This document shows, one piece after another, positions 1 to 9,652 of a stretch of DNA of 33,412 bases. Each line of letters starts with the position of its first letter. Within the stretch, counting starts at the first letter, position 1. Source of the DNA: Promethearchaeota archaeon (GTDB lineage Archaea > Asgardarchaeota > Sifarchaeia > Borrarchaeales > Borrarchaeaceae); assembly GCA_048940375.1 (NCBI GenBank), contig JBHLOP010000001.1, forward strand, positions 1 through 33,412. The letters are read 5' to 3'. The position numbers were made by a program, and so were the translations under genes. The notes beneath the pieces were generated by a model. The model had not been told where the DNA came from. It did no database searches and saw only the letters and a list, made by a program, of their open reading frames with translations.

Positions 1-2
1 GA

Positions 3-86
3 CCAGAACCGGTTAAAAGAGTAGTAATGCCTATAGAAATGGTTCTAAGAGAAGTTCTAACAAGACAAATTGCAAGAGCCAATTGA
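3..86 (+). CDS. 3' end of an unidentified CDS cut by the window edge (27 codons then TGA)
   Basis: Frame 3 is open from the window edge to TGA at 84-86 (PEPVKRVVMPIEMVLREVLTRQIARAN*). An oligo-T tract follows at about 113-120. Too short to identify. Confidence 0.25.
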   Translation, partial: PEPVKRVVMPIEMVLREVLTRQIARAN

Positions 87-159
87 AGATAGAAAACAGT
101 AATTAAACAGTCTTTTTTTAAAGAGAGGGATAGAACCTCAAAAGCATTTTTCTGTTATA

Positions 160-483
160 TCACTTTTTGGCTATTTTATCTCGTGCAAAATCGAGGTTTT
201 CTAAATCTGCTTTTATACTGTCTACACCCATCTCTCCGAGTTGATTTAATAAATCATCTTGAAGAGTCAATACCGTTTGTAAGATGTCTAAGTGATGGAA
301 AAACTTTGGATCTGAGGTTAGTTTTTTCCAGTATTTCTCAAGTAAAGCCGTAACGTTAATTTTCAACAGTTCTTCTTGTACTTCTTCCGGGGTGCCCGTG
401 GAAAAAATCAGTTTCTCTAGTGCTCGTGATGCCTTTTCCGCTACCTCAAGGGTAACATCATTTAAAGACACATCATCATCCAT
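160..483 (-). CDS. hypothetical acidic helical protein (107 aa), co-transcribed with the Mrp/NBP35 gene
   Basis: The ATG lies 4 nt after the upstream TAG, and a GGTGAG motif sits in the junction. No recognisable motif. Confidence 0.55.
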   Translation of the reverse strand: MDDDVSLNDVTLEVAEKASRALEKLIFSTGTPEEVQEELLKINVTALLEKYWKKLTSDPKFFHHLDILQTVLTLQDDLLNQLGEMGVDSIKADLENLDFARDKIAKK

Positions 484-486
484 GGG

Positions 487-1440
487 CTACTCACCTTCTT
501 TAGGTTTGTGCTTTTCAAGTTCTTTTTCGATAAGCTTCACTATTTTGCGGAAGTTCTTTGCAGCATCGCTATCTGGATATTTCAGCACAAACGGGGTACC
601 TTCATCTCCTGAAGTTCTTATACGAGGATCTACAGGTATACTTCCTAGAAAGGGTACCTCAAGTTCTTCAGAAGCAATTTCTGCGCCACCTTCGCCGAAG
701 AACTCAACTTCATTTCCACAGTTGCCACATTTTAGTATTTCACCACAGTGGGGACAGATTACTTTAGCAGACATATTTTCAATGACGCCCAGTACAGGCA
801 CATCCATCTCCTTAACCATTTCTCCAGACTTTCTAACATCCAATAGTGCAACTTCTTGTGGAGTTGCAACAATAACTACACCATCAAGTTCTGGGATTTT
901 TTCAATAATTGTCTGAGGTTCATCTCCAGTTCCCGGAGGCAAGTCAATGATAAGATAGTCAAGTTCACCCCAATCTACAGCGGCTAAAAATTGTTTGATT
1001 ACTCGCGTTTTGTAGGGGCCGCGCCATAGAACTGGTGTAGAGTCACTTGGCCAATATAAAGCTACAGACCAAACCTTAATGCCGTCTTCTGTCTCTAAAG
1101 GATAAAATGTTCTTCCCTTGAAGTCAGGATATTTTTGACGTAACCCCATCATTTTTGGAACATTAGGACCGTGAACATCAGCATCTAAAATACCACAATT
1201 ATATCCTTCTGCTTTAAATGCAGCCACCAGATTTGTGGCTACTGTCGATTTGCCAACGCCTCCTTTACCTGATACGACAGCGATTTTGTGTTTTATTTTC
1301 TCGAACCTAGCTACAATTGGTGAGCGTATCTTTGAAACAAGTTTCAATTCTTCTCTCTTTTCACCCTTTTCTCGAAGTTCTAAAATTTTTTGAATTGTTT
1401 CTTCTGCTTTTTTTTCCTTTATTTTTTTCTCTGAACTCAT
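487..1440 (-). CDS. Mrp/NBP35/ApbC-family P-loop ATPase, Fe-S cluster carrier
   Basis: Deviant Walker A VVSGKGGVGKST. Also DLPPGTGD and the Cys-rich CPHCGE..CGNCG segment typical of the family. Confidence 0.9.
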   Translation of the reverse strand: MSSEKKIKEKKAEETIQKILELREKGEKREELKLVSKIRSPIVARFEKIKHKIAVVSGKGGVGKSTVATNLVAAFKAEGYNCGILDADVHGPNVPKMMGLRQKYPDFKGRTFYPLETEDGIKVWSVALYWPSDSTPVLWRGPYKTRVIKQFLAAVDWGELDYLIIDLPPGTGDEPQTIIEKIPELDGVVIVATPQEVALLDVRKSGEMVKEMDVPVLGVIENMSAKVICPHCGEILKCGNCGNEVEFFGEGGAEIASEELEVPFLGSIPVDPRIRTSGDEGTPFVLKYPDSDAAKNFRKIVKLIEKELEKHKPKEGE

Positions 1441-1531
1441 AAAATTACACCTCTTGTGAATCTAAAAAATATTAGAAGTCATTAACTTCTTATTTCTTAT
1501 TAAAAGAAAATTAAATGAGAACTCAAGAAAT

Positions 1532-1852
1532 CTATTCCTCGATTTTATATTCCTTTCTTATTATAGAGCGCTTTATTTTGGGTTTTTTCTTCCAATGTTT
1601 CTCTATTTCTTTCATATAATCTTCATAATCTGCTAATTGGAAATATTGCATATTATCCTTTTCTCTAATCTTACCCTCCTCAATGAGTTCAGTAAATGCT
1701 TCATGGATTTCTTCAGGCGATTTCATTCGTGTAATTACGTCAAAGGAAAAAAGATTTAGCAATTCGTTTATATGAACCCATTCTCGCGGGTTGACAGCAG
1801 CTGCATGTCTTCGTTTTAACTCGATGATAATTTTTGTCTTCGAGTCTACCAT
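1532..1852 (-). CDS. hypothetical protein (106 aa), lysine-rich C-terminus
   Basis: Clean ORF in a gene-dense region. No motif recognised. Confidence 0.5.
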   Translation of the reverse strand: MVDSKTKIIIELKRRHAAAVNPREWVHINELLNLFSFDVITRMKSPEEIHEAFTELIEEGKIREKDNMQYFQLADYEDYMKEIEKHWKKKPKIKRSIIRKEYKIEE

Positions 1853-1888
1853 ATGAAAACGCCCGATAATAATAATAGCAGAAATACT

Positions 1889-2269
1889 TTATATTAACTC
1901 CTTGTAGGTAAATTCACTTTCAAATTCCTTTGCTTTTTTCCCACCCTTTTCTGTTAACCTATAACATTTTTGGATCGCTCTTCTCTGTTGGGTGGTCCCC
2001 TCTTCATTAGCATGAAGCTCTAATATCTGGACATAGCCTAAATCTGCTAATTTCCATAGTGTTCGAAATATTGATTTTGTGCCTTTATTGAGTACTCGAC
2101 TCAATGTACCACAATGGCGTCCTTTAACTTCTGGTGGAATTTGATGGCTACAAATACCAGGACATGTTACACCAAGATCATTCAAGGTAGCTACCATAAG
2201 CTTTCTAACCCATTTCTGCTTGAATAATTCTTCTGCTTCTTGAGAAGTTTCCTTTGTAACTGTTGTCAT
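1889..2269 (-). CDS. hypothetical protein, possibly a winged-helix DNA-binding protein
   Basis: 126-aa ORF. The segment LSRVLNKGTKSIFRTLWKLADLGYVQ looks like a helix-turn-helix/wing. Judged by pattern only. Confidence 0.45.
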   Translation of the reverse strand: MTTVTKETSQEAEELFKQKWVRKLMVATLNDLGVTCPGICSHQIPPEVKGRHCGTLSRVLNKGTKSIFRTLWKLADLGYVQILELHANEEGTTQQRRAIQKCYRLTEKGGKKAKEFESEFTYKELI

Positions 2270-2499
2270 TCTTATCGACTCTTTTTGATGATAACTAATT
2301 AATCAAACCACTTCTTCGAACAGGACTATAAAAAACGTCCATTTTTGTGTTTATTTCAACTATATTTAAATAAGCGTGTTATTAGATCAGACTTTCAATT
2401 GCCGCTATTTTTAATACCTCTTATAATCCAATCAATAAGTGCTTAAAGATTATATCTGAATAAAAAAGCCTTACATTTGTGCAATTTGAACATTATGTG

Positions 2500-3660
2500 T
2501 CATCCATTTTCTGAAATTTCCCAAACATCAATCAGTTTATAATTTGTCGTTCCAAGACCAAGATCTTCAGCCGCTTTAATCTGAACCATCGGATCTGCCC
2601 CGCAAATCGAAATAGCTTTAAATTTTTCTGTTCCTTTCTCTAACACGTTAAATTGTTCAGCTACGGATCCTGGAACTCCTGGTACTCTGTTTATAAGGTC
2701 AAAGGTAGCTTTATCTACAGCTACAGGATCCTTTGATGCTAGGATGCCCAGATCTGGGATAAATGGAATACCAGAGTTTGAATCTGTATCAGGATTAGGT
2801 GTCACTTCAATAATGAAATTATAATAAACCATCTTGCCATCCATCGCTTGGATAACGAATGAGGCTGCATCAGCTACTTTAGTTTGAAGATCTATTACCT
2901 GCTCCTGTGAAACCTCCAAAGCTAGCTGTGGGCACTTAACTATACATTTTCCACATCCAACGCATTTATTAGAATCAATAAAAACCGTTTCATTTATTTT
3001 AATAGCGTTCCATTCACACATCTGTTGACATAAACCACACATATTACATTTTTCCATGTTTACACTTGGTTGAAAATCTTCAAAAATGCGCATTTTCCCT
3101 TTTTTTGCTGTGCAACCTAAAGCCATATCAGCTATTGCGCCATAAAATCCAATGAAAGGATCACCAGTTACATGCGTGAGCATCATAAGTAGTTGACAGT
3201 AAGTTATTGTAGCACCGACTTCTAAAACACGGATTTTTTTCGCATTTTTATTCATTAAGGTCTTACTATCCATTCCGGTATAGCCTTCCGCCAGAAAAAT
3301 CTCTGTTCCCAGACTTTCCATCGAAAAACCGTGTTGCCGACACTTATATGCCCATGCTGATGCATCATAGCGTTCTCCTCCCTTCCATAGACTCAGTGAG
3401 TCAATTGCGATTGGTATCGAGCGGAGTTTAAGAAGTTCATCAACCATTGTCCTGACCATTATTGGTCGTAAGTAATGAGTTGATGATGCATCTCCCGTTA
3501 GAAATCTAATTCCAGGTCGCGTAAATGTTTCCGTAGAAATCCATTCTCGTACATCTAGAAGTTCGAATAAGCGTTCTAAGGAAATTCTCATATTTTGCCA
3601 AGGAAAATATGAGGTTGCGGATGCGAAATAAACTTCAGCTGTTGTCAAATGAACAAACAC
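2500..3660 (-). CDS. DUF362-family protein with an inserted 2x[4Fe-4S] ferredoxin domain
   Basis: Two CxxCxxCxxxC motifs (CNMCGLCQQMCEW, CVGCGKCIVKCPQ) within DUF362-like flanks. GTG start. Confidence 0.8.
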   Translation of the reverse strand: MFVHLTTAEVYFASATSYFPWQNMRISLERLFELLDVREWISTETFTRPGIRFLTGDASSTHYLRPIMVRTMVDELLKLRSIPIAIDSLSLWKGGERYDASAWAYKCRQHGFSMESLGTEIFLAEGYTGMDSKTLMNKNAKKIRVLEVGATITYCQLLMMLTHVTGDPFIGFYGAIADMALGCTAKKGKMRIFEDFQPSVNMEKCNMCGLCQQMCEWNAIKINETVFIDSNKCVGCGKCIVKCPQLALEVSQEQVIDLQTKVADAASFVIQAMDGKMVYYNFIIEVTPNPDTDSNSGIPFIPDLGILASKDPVAVDKATFDLINRVPGVPGSVAEQFNVLEKGTEKFKAISICGADPMVQIKAAEDLGLGTTNYKLIDVWEISENG

Positions 3661-3901
3661 TCCATTTTGAATAATAGAGAAATCAAAAATGTCCTTTTGT
3701 GAGGATACCTCTAAATTAGTTTTTTCTTTAAAAACATTATTGATCCTGATTCAAGCTTGTCTTGTGAAGAGATCTGGTCGTTCAAAATGCTTTAGAAAAC
3801 CATTCCTGTGTTTTAGAATGGTTAAAAAGTTATAAAATTTGCCATAAGGACAAAACTACTCTAGAATAGGGACTAAAACCTTTGAAAAAAAGGAAACTGC
3901 G

Positions 3902-5086
3902 TTAAATACATTGATCCACTATGTTTGGATGCAACGCACGCAGTTTGGAAATGCTTTTGGGCAGTACTTCAAGAACGTACTCAACTTCATCTTCTGTATT
4001 TTTTGTGCTGACTGTTAATCTTAAACTTCCTTCCGCCTCATTATGTGATAAGCCCAGCGCAAGAAGAACGTGTGATGGCTCAGTCGAATGCTCCGAGCAA
4101 GCAGAGCCAGTTGATGCTGAAATTCCATTCATATCAAGATCTAAAACTAGTGCTTCTCCATTTATATAATCAAATCGGAAATTGGTATTATTTGGTAGCC
4201 TTTTAATTCGATGACCGTTAAGATATGCTCCTTCAATATCCAACACTCCTTCGATTAATTTGTCACGCAACCTAGTCATGTGTTGTGCATTAGCTTCAAG
4301 ATCATTAGTTGCCAACTCCGCAGCTTTTGCAAAACCCACAATTCCTGGCACATTCTCTGTACCAGAACGAAGATTGTACTCATGTCCGCCACCATGTAAA
4401 AGTGGTTCGATAGGAATATCTTTCCTAATATAGAGTGCACCTACGCCCTTAGGTCCATGGATCTTGTGGGATGACATAGAGAGTAAATCGACTCCAAGTT
4501 TATTGACATCAACATGAAGTTTTCCAATGGATTGAACAGCATCAGTATGAAAAACAATATTATGTTTTTTGGCAAGTTTGCCAATTTCTTCAAGTGGCTC
4601 GATTGTCCCAATTTCATTGTTTGCATGCATTATGGAAATTACCACAGTATCAGATCTAATGGCATTTTGGACGTCGTCTATATTTATTAACCCCTCTTTG
4701 TCAACTGGTAAATAGGTTACTTCATAGCCTATTTTTTCTAAGAATTTAGAAGTTTTTAAAATTGCGCTATGTTCAATGACACTTGTAATAATGTGTTTAC
4801 CTTCGTATTTATCAGAAAAAGCGATTCCTTTTAAAGCAAGATTGTCAGCTTCAGTACCTCCAGAAGTGAATATGATTTCTTCTGCTTCTGCTCCAATCGC
4901 TTTAGCTACAACTTGCCTAGAGTTTTCTACTGCCACACGCGCTTCACGACCAAAACTATGAATACTTGAGGCATTGCCAAACTGTTTAATAAAATAATCG
5001 GTTATTACTTCTGCCACAACCGGGTCAACTGGGGTTGTTGCAGCGTTATCCATATACACAACTTTCACAAAGATCCCCTCCAACAT
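3902..5086 (-). CDS. cysteine desulfurase (NifS/IscS-type, class V aminotransferase)
   Basis: N-terminal YMDNAATTP, PLP-lysine motif SSHKIHGPKG, and catalytic-loop ASTGSACS. Confidence 0.9.
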   Translation of the reverse strand: MLEGIFVKVVYMDNAATTPVDPVVAEVITDYFIKQFGNASSIHSFGREARVAVENSRQVVAKAIGAEAEEIIFTSGGTEADNLALKGIAFSDKYEGKHIITSVIEHSAILKTSKFLEKIGYEVTYLPVDKEGLINIDDVQNAIRSDTVVISIMHANNEIGTIEPLEEIGKLAKKHNIVFHTDAVQSIGKLHVDVNKLGVDLLSMSSHKIHGPKGVGALYIRKDIPIEPLLHGGGHEYNLRSGTENVPGIVGFAKAAELATNDLEANAQHMTRLRDKLIEGVLDIEGAYLNGHRIKRLPNNTNFRFDYINGEALVLDLDMNGISASTGSACSEHSTEPSHVLLALGLSHNEAEGSLRLTVSTKNTEDEVEYVLEVLPKSISKLRALHPNIVDQCI

Positions 5087-5181
5087 GATTTAAATAAATT
5101 TTGACGACTCATTAGGTTGAATGATGACATCTATAGTTTTTCACAAGTGCAAATAAACTTGTTGTCAAATAACTCCCGCTT

Positions 5182-6105
5182 TTAACTAAGCTTCTTTTTC
5201 TTAAACAGAGATGTACTAAGGTATTTCATGCCATCGTCGGGTAATATCGCAACAACTGTCTTACCTTCCCCTAACTCCTTTGCTTTCTGGAGTGCGATAT
5301 ACATAATTGATGCTGCACTTAATCCAATCAAGAGACCTTCTTCCTTCGCGACTCTCCGTGCGACCTCGAAAGTTTTAGGCAACTCTTCCTTCGATATCTC
5401 TATAATCTCGTCGAAGCACTCTCTTCTAAATAGTTGAGTAGGATAGGGCTCTCCTGGATTTCTTAAACCTTGAACACTTATGCCAAGCTTCGGCATGACG
5501 CCAATTATTTTTATCTTTGGATCATGCTCTTTAACACGCAGAGAAGTTCCAACTCCAGTCCCAGCAGTTCCAATGCCAACCACAATCATATTCACTTTTC
5601 CTTTAGTCTGTTCAAGGATTTCCTTACCAGTTGTTTCATAATGCGCCAATATATTCGCGGGATCTTTGAATTGATCTATATCTATATATTTATCCGGATT
5701 TTCTCTGAGTAACTCTTGCTTAAGTTCTACCGCGCCACCGGTACCTTTTACACCTGGCGAAAGTATTAATTCAGCTCCATAGGCCTTTATAACTCTTCTT
5801 CTTTCCACACTAACAGATTCAGGCATTACAATGGCAATTTTGTAACCCTTTGCTGCTGCGATCATTGCTAACGCAATCCCGGTATTACCAGACGTTGCCT
5901 CCAAAATTGTTTTACTATTACTTAATTTACCTGCAACATTCGCATATTCTAAGAGATATAAAGCCATCCTATCCTTTACCGAACCACCGATATTATACCA
6001 CTCTAGTTTTGCATAAACAGTAGCTCTATTGGGATCTGTAAGATTGTTTATCTTTAACAAAGGAGTCTTACCAATTAAGTCTGTAATAGAATTTGCGACA
6101 ATCAT
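5182..6105 (-). CDS. cysK: cysteine synthase / O-acetylserine (or O-phosphoserine) sulfhydrylase, PLP-dependent
   Basis: GGSVKDR PLP-lysine motif, TSGNTGIALA, and GIGTAGTGVG glycine loop. Confidence 0.85.
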   Translation of the reverse strand: MIVANSITDLIGKTPLLKINNLTDPNRATVYAKLEWYNIGGSVKDRMALYLLEYANVAGKLSNSKTILEATSGNTGIALAMIAAAKGYKIAIVMPESVSVERRRVIKAYGAELILSPGVKGTGGAVELKQELLRENPDKYIDIDQFKDPANILAHYETTGKEILEQTKGKVNMIVVGIGTAGTGVGTSLRVKEHDPKIKIIGVMPKLGISVQGLRNPGEPYPTQLFRRECFDEIIEISKEELPKTFEVARRVAKEEGLLIGLSAASIMYIALQKAKELGEGKTVVAILPDDGMKYLSTSLFKKKKLS

Positions 6106-6355
6106 TTCATTATCTACCTTTTTTATGACATTGTCGTATTATTATGACAGTGTCATATTCATGGTTATATAGTTTACGGTGGTAATATTCTTAACGGTAA
6201 CAAAGAACCAAGTGATCTTCTCTTAAAGCGAAATTGAATTTCAACAATCAAGGGAACATTTTCTTTAGAATAGGAGACTTTTTGATAAGGCTAATAATTT
6301 CAACGCTTTTAATGTCGTTTAATTTTAAAAAATGAGTTAATACGGAGAATTCAGA

Positions 6356-6682
6356 ATGACACGGACTTATTACAATAAACTCGTAAGAGATAAAATACCA
6401 GACATAATTAGACAGCAGGGAAATCATCCCGAATATCATATCGAAAATGATAAAGCAGATTATTGTCAAGCATTAAGAGAAAAAATTCTGGAAGAGGCAA
6501 TTGAGCTCAAAGAATCCCAAGACGTTAATGAACTTATTGATGTTCTGGAAGCAATTTATTGTTTAATTGAAGCTGAAAATCTAGAATTCACTATTGAAGA
6601 ATTAAGAAAGAAAAAGAATATAGAACGTGGAAGTTTTAAAAAGCGCATTATTTTGGAGTATGTTGAAAGAAAATCCACATAG
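6356..6682 (+). CDS. MazG-like / PRA-PH-like nucleoside triphosphate pyrophosphohydrolase
   Basis: Characteristic N-terminus YNKLVRDKIPDII, then an EExxE-type acidic helix (EKILEEAIEL) and DVLEAIY. Confidence 0.7.
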   Translation: MTRTYYNKLVRDKIPDIIRQQGNHPEYHIENDKADYCQALREKILEEAIELKESQDVNELIDVLEAIYCLIEAENLEFTIEELRKKKNIERGSFKKRIILEYVERKST

Positions 6683-6819
6683 TAATGCAACAAAACGGAG
6701 AATGTACAGTAAGGTGTAGCGTTATCGTGAATGTCGTTAAACGTGGCTTTTATGCAATTCATTAAATTCCAATAAATGTGTGAACCTAATTAGAATTGAC
6801 AAAAATGTGTTAACTCTCA

Positions 6820-7677
6820 TTAAATCGTCTTAATCAGGTTTTTTTTGACTATTGCATTCAGAAAAACAGGATAAAACTTTGCATTATTTAAAGAAAGGAG
6901 AATCATCTCAGTTTTATTCATTCGACGCACTATTTTCTTCTCACCGTTTTTTGTAATCATTGTACGGAACTTTCCGGCGAGAATATTATATAATGATGAA
7001 TCAAATGAATACGCATTTGTAACTAAAGGTATCTTTTCTCGATTTGTAGAATTGAAGGCGAGCAGATGTGTTTTATCGAAGATTTTGTATTTCTCTAGTA
7101 TATTTTTCCGTTTTGTGAAGACCGAGAAGGGTCTACATGACACAGCAAACCACATATATTCATCAATTAGTCCAGAATCATAGTACAAACGAAAATCAAG
7201 TGCATTGTTAAAATGTAAAGGGAGAACGAGTTTATCTTGGTTATCAAGTATCTCTAAAGTCCTTTTTGCTATTTCTATGTTTTTCTCTTTGTATTCGTCA
7301 CCAAACTTCCAGAATGGCACGTCCGGGACAATGAGATAGTCAACTAACTGCAACCATTTTTCTATTTTTACTATGAAATCTGACAATTTTTCAATTGCAA
7401 AGGGAGTTTTTCTTTGTATAATGCCGTTATCAAGCATAATTTCTTTGGCATGTGCTTTTCGTAAATTCTCTGCGTATTTAATAGCGCTTGGTCTAATAAG
7501 AACAGTTGGTAAAGGAACTTTGGTGATAAGTTCATACATTTCTTGGCATGATTCAAAATTTTCCTCAATAAGCGATAAATGTTCATTCATTGTTTCGAGG
7601 GTATTCTTTCCTGCAAATGAGTCGCTAAGAAAACAACATTGTTGATAACTTAATGAAGCAAAAAATTTCACAGGCAT
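6820..7677 (-). CDS. minimal TGT-superfamily (tRNA-guanine transglycosylase / DpdA-like) TIM-barrel protein lacking the Zn site
   Basis: The ordered motifs IMLDNGIIQ, LIVPDVP, HLLAFNS and FDSSLY resemble TGT DSGGxQ, DEC, hLxGxG and FDSAxY. No CxCxxC..H Zn motif after the last one. Confidence 0.45.
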   Translation of the reverse strand: MPVKFFASLSYQQCCFLSDSFAGKNTLETMNEHLSLIEENFESCQEMYELITKVPLPTVLIRPSAIKYAENLRKAHAKEIMLDNGIIQRKTPFAIEKLSDFIVKIEKWLQLVDYLIVPDVPFWKFGDEYKEKNIEIAKRTLEILDNQDKLVLPLHFNNALDFRLYYDSGLIDEYMWFAVSCRPFSVFTKRKNILEKYKIFDKTHLLAFNSTNREKIPLVTNAYSFDSSLYNILAGKFRTMITKNGEKKIVRRMNKTEMILLSLNNAKFYPVFLNAIVKKNLIKTI

Positions 7678-7695
7678 TTTCTGTCTGGTACTACT

Positions 7696-8013
7696 TTATT
7701 TTACTATCTTTTCTAAAGCGTCTTCAAGCATTTCCTTTGGCGGAAATTCGTGTGTTTTTTCTTTATAGATATAGAACCTGCAACCTGCTGATTTATAACT
7801 TGTAACATTTTTAGCCATTGGGTCAATGTCTTTGCCATCAATGTTTATTTGCGGGGAACCAAAGTAATGATGCTTTTCTGCATCTTCTTGGGTCTCAATT
7901 TTCATTAATTTTACTTCTACATCAATTTTTTTGTCTTTCAGAACTTGTTTTATCATTTCTAAAGTTCTTTCCCAAGTATGACATCCTTCGCTATATAATA
8001 ATTCTATATTCAT
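7696..8013 (-). CDS. thioredoxin-fold protein (DUF2703-like)
   Basis: 105 aa. Contains FGSPQINIDGKDI and two Cys. Its start overlaps the upstream stop as ATGA. Confidence 0.5.
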   Translation of the reverse strand: MNIELLYSEGCHTWERTLEMIKQVLKDKKIDVEVKLMKIETQEDAEKHHYFGSPQINIDGKDIDPMAKNVTSYKSAGCRFYIYKEKTHEFPPKEMLEDALEKIVK

Positions 8014-8264
8014 TTTTTGCCCTCCAAATTCAATAACTTCTTTATTTTTTCTTCATCAAAGCCCGCAATTATCTCAACAGTGTTCGATCGTGTAATTTCA
8101 ATAACGGGGACAGCTATTTGCTTACTAATCTTTATCATTTCTGTTCGTGCTTTCTCGTCTTCGAGAACATTTTTATCTTCAAATTCAATCTCGTATTTCC
8201 TCAAAAGTTCTCTAGTTTTTTTGCAAAATGGACAATCTGGTGTAGAAAATAATCTGATTCTCAT
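8010..8264 (-). CDS. glutaredoxin/NrdH-like small redox protein
   Basis: CPFC active site near the N-terminus and VPVI..G typical of the Grx fold. ATGA overlaps on both sides. Confidence 0.8.
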   Translation of the reverse strand: MRIRLFSTPDCPFCKKTRELLRKYEIEFEDKNVLEDEKARTEMIKISKQIAVPVIEITRSNTVEIIAGFDEEKIKKLLNLEGKK

Positions 8265-9457
8265 AATTCTTTCCTCTTTACTTTATTCTCCATTATAACA
8301 AATGAAATCACAGCAAGAAATGCGAGTGTTGCCCCATAAAGAAATGTTGCCATTGGATTGATGAAATCCCAGAGAAAACCAGCAATTACGCTTCCAGGAA
8401 GTACAGCAAGACCTATTGCCGTATGAAAGATACCTAATGCTGTTCCTTTAAAATCTTCGGATGCTAAATCTGATACAAACGCACGTTGATTTGATTCAAC
8501 TAATGCAAATACAAAGCCATAAAGTATGAAAAGGATGACAAGATAAACAAGGGATAAGTTAAGTTGAGCGAAACCAATACAGACAAAGCCAAATAATGCA
8601 TAGCCTACTATTAATACTGTTGGTCTGCCGACCTTATCTGATAATATTCCTGATGGAATACAAAATGCAGCATACACTATGTTAAGTATTACGTAAAGAA
8701 ACAAGGGACCTATAATTGCTAATTCTGCCGAAAAAAACTGTTGTGCTCTAAGAATAAAAAAAAAGTAACTAAAATTGCCTAAGGCAAAAAGAGTTGCAAT
8801 AATCATAAAGAATTTTAGAGATCTAGGCATTTCTTTAAAGCTGATATGTAAGCTTATCGACTTTGCTAGCGGTCTTGATTTTTTTTCTCTTAAAAAAATG
8901 AGTGGAATAAGAGCGATAAAAGCAACTCCTCCAGCTATAAGAAAGATGGTTCTAAAGCCTAAACTGTATAACATGATAAACAATAAGGCTAGGAGAGATC
9001 CAATGATCGCTCCGGCCGTATCAAACGCTCTATGAATCCCGAAGCCTTTACCTCTTTCATGTATAGATTCAGCAATAAGCGCATCTCGTGGGGCGGTTCT
9101 TATTCCTTTACCTAGGCGTTCAATCGGACGAAGGATTAACAAATGTTGCCAAATGGTCACGAAAGCAAAGAACAGTTTTGACACTGCAGATGTCTGGTAA
9201 CCCGCATAAATGAGAATCTTTCTTTTTCCTAACTTATCAGAGAAATAACCCGAAAATACTTTCAAGATGCTAGCTACACTATCGCCTACTCCACCTATTA
9301 GCCCTAGGATGATTCCAGTTCCGCCAATTGATACAAGAAACAATGGGAGTATTGGAAGGATCATTTCAGAACTCATATCAGTTAGAAAACTAACAATACT
9401 GAGTAAAAGTACATTTCCAACTAAAATATTACTCCTTTGCCTTTTATCTGTAGCCAA
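8261..9457 (-). CDS. MFS transporter
   Basis: About 12 hydrophobic segments. MFS loop 2-3 motif GYFSDKLGKRK and repeat-half motif LSDKVGRP. Confidence 0.85.
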   Translation of the reverse strand: MATDKRQRSNILVGNVLLLSIVSFLTDMSSEMILPILPLFLVSIGGTGIILGLIGGVGDSVASILKVFSGYFSDKLGKRKILIYAGYQTSAVSKLFFAFVTIWQHLLILRPIERLGKGIRTAPRDALIAESIHERGKGFGIHRAFDTAGAIIGSLLALLFIMLYSLGFRTIFLIAGGVAFIALIPLIFLREKKSRPLAKSISLHISFKEMPRSLKFFMIIATLFALGNFSYFFFILRAQQFFSAELAIIGPLFLYVILNIVYAAFCIPSGILSDKVGRPTVLIVGYALFGFVCIGFAQLNLSLVYLVILFILYGFVFALVESNQRAFVSDLASEDFKGTALGIFHTAIGLAVLPGSVIAGFLWDFINPMATFLYGATLAFLAVISFVIMENKVKRKEL

Positions 9458-9652
9458 TTCTATATCCAGACTCCTAAATCGACATAAAGTAATTAAAATA
9501 ACAATATAACTATTAGATTGCCATTCGAAATGTATTTTCTATATATTTATTTTCTATAAAGAAAATGTGCTTATAGAGTTTTGAACTCTTTAAAATATTA
9601 AAAATACTTCAAAATCTAAATAAAATAGAGATGGAAATCAAAAACTAGTCTT

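Noticed and set aside
392-916. 174-aa ORF on the + strand (and 558-767 +)
   Set aside because: It lies entirely antisense to the well-supported Mrp/NBP35 gene. The composition is Ser/Phe/Thr-rich, as expected for the mirror frame of a real gene, and there is no motif or SD.
3798-3823. 8-bp stem hairpin AACCATTC-N10-GAATGGTT downstream of the cysteine desulfurase gene, considered as a terminator
   Set aside because: It is a plausible RNA hairpin, but archaeal termination relies mainly on oligo-T. The flanks on the transcribed strand lack a strong T run, so the evidence is insufficient.
6248-6469. 73-aa ORF on the - strand overlapping the MazG-like start (also 6556-6762 -)
   Set aside because: It overlaps a gene with a diagnostic N-terminal motif. 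The translation is hydrophobic and low-complexity, typical of AT-rich noise.
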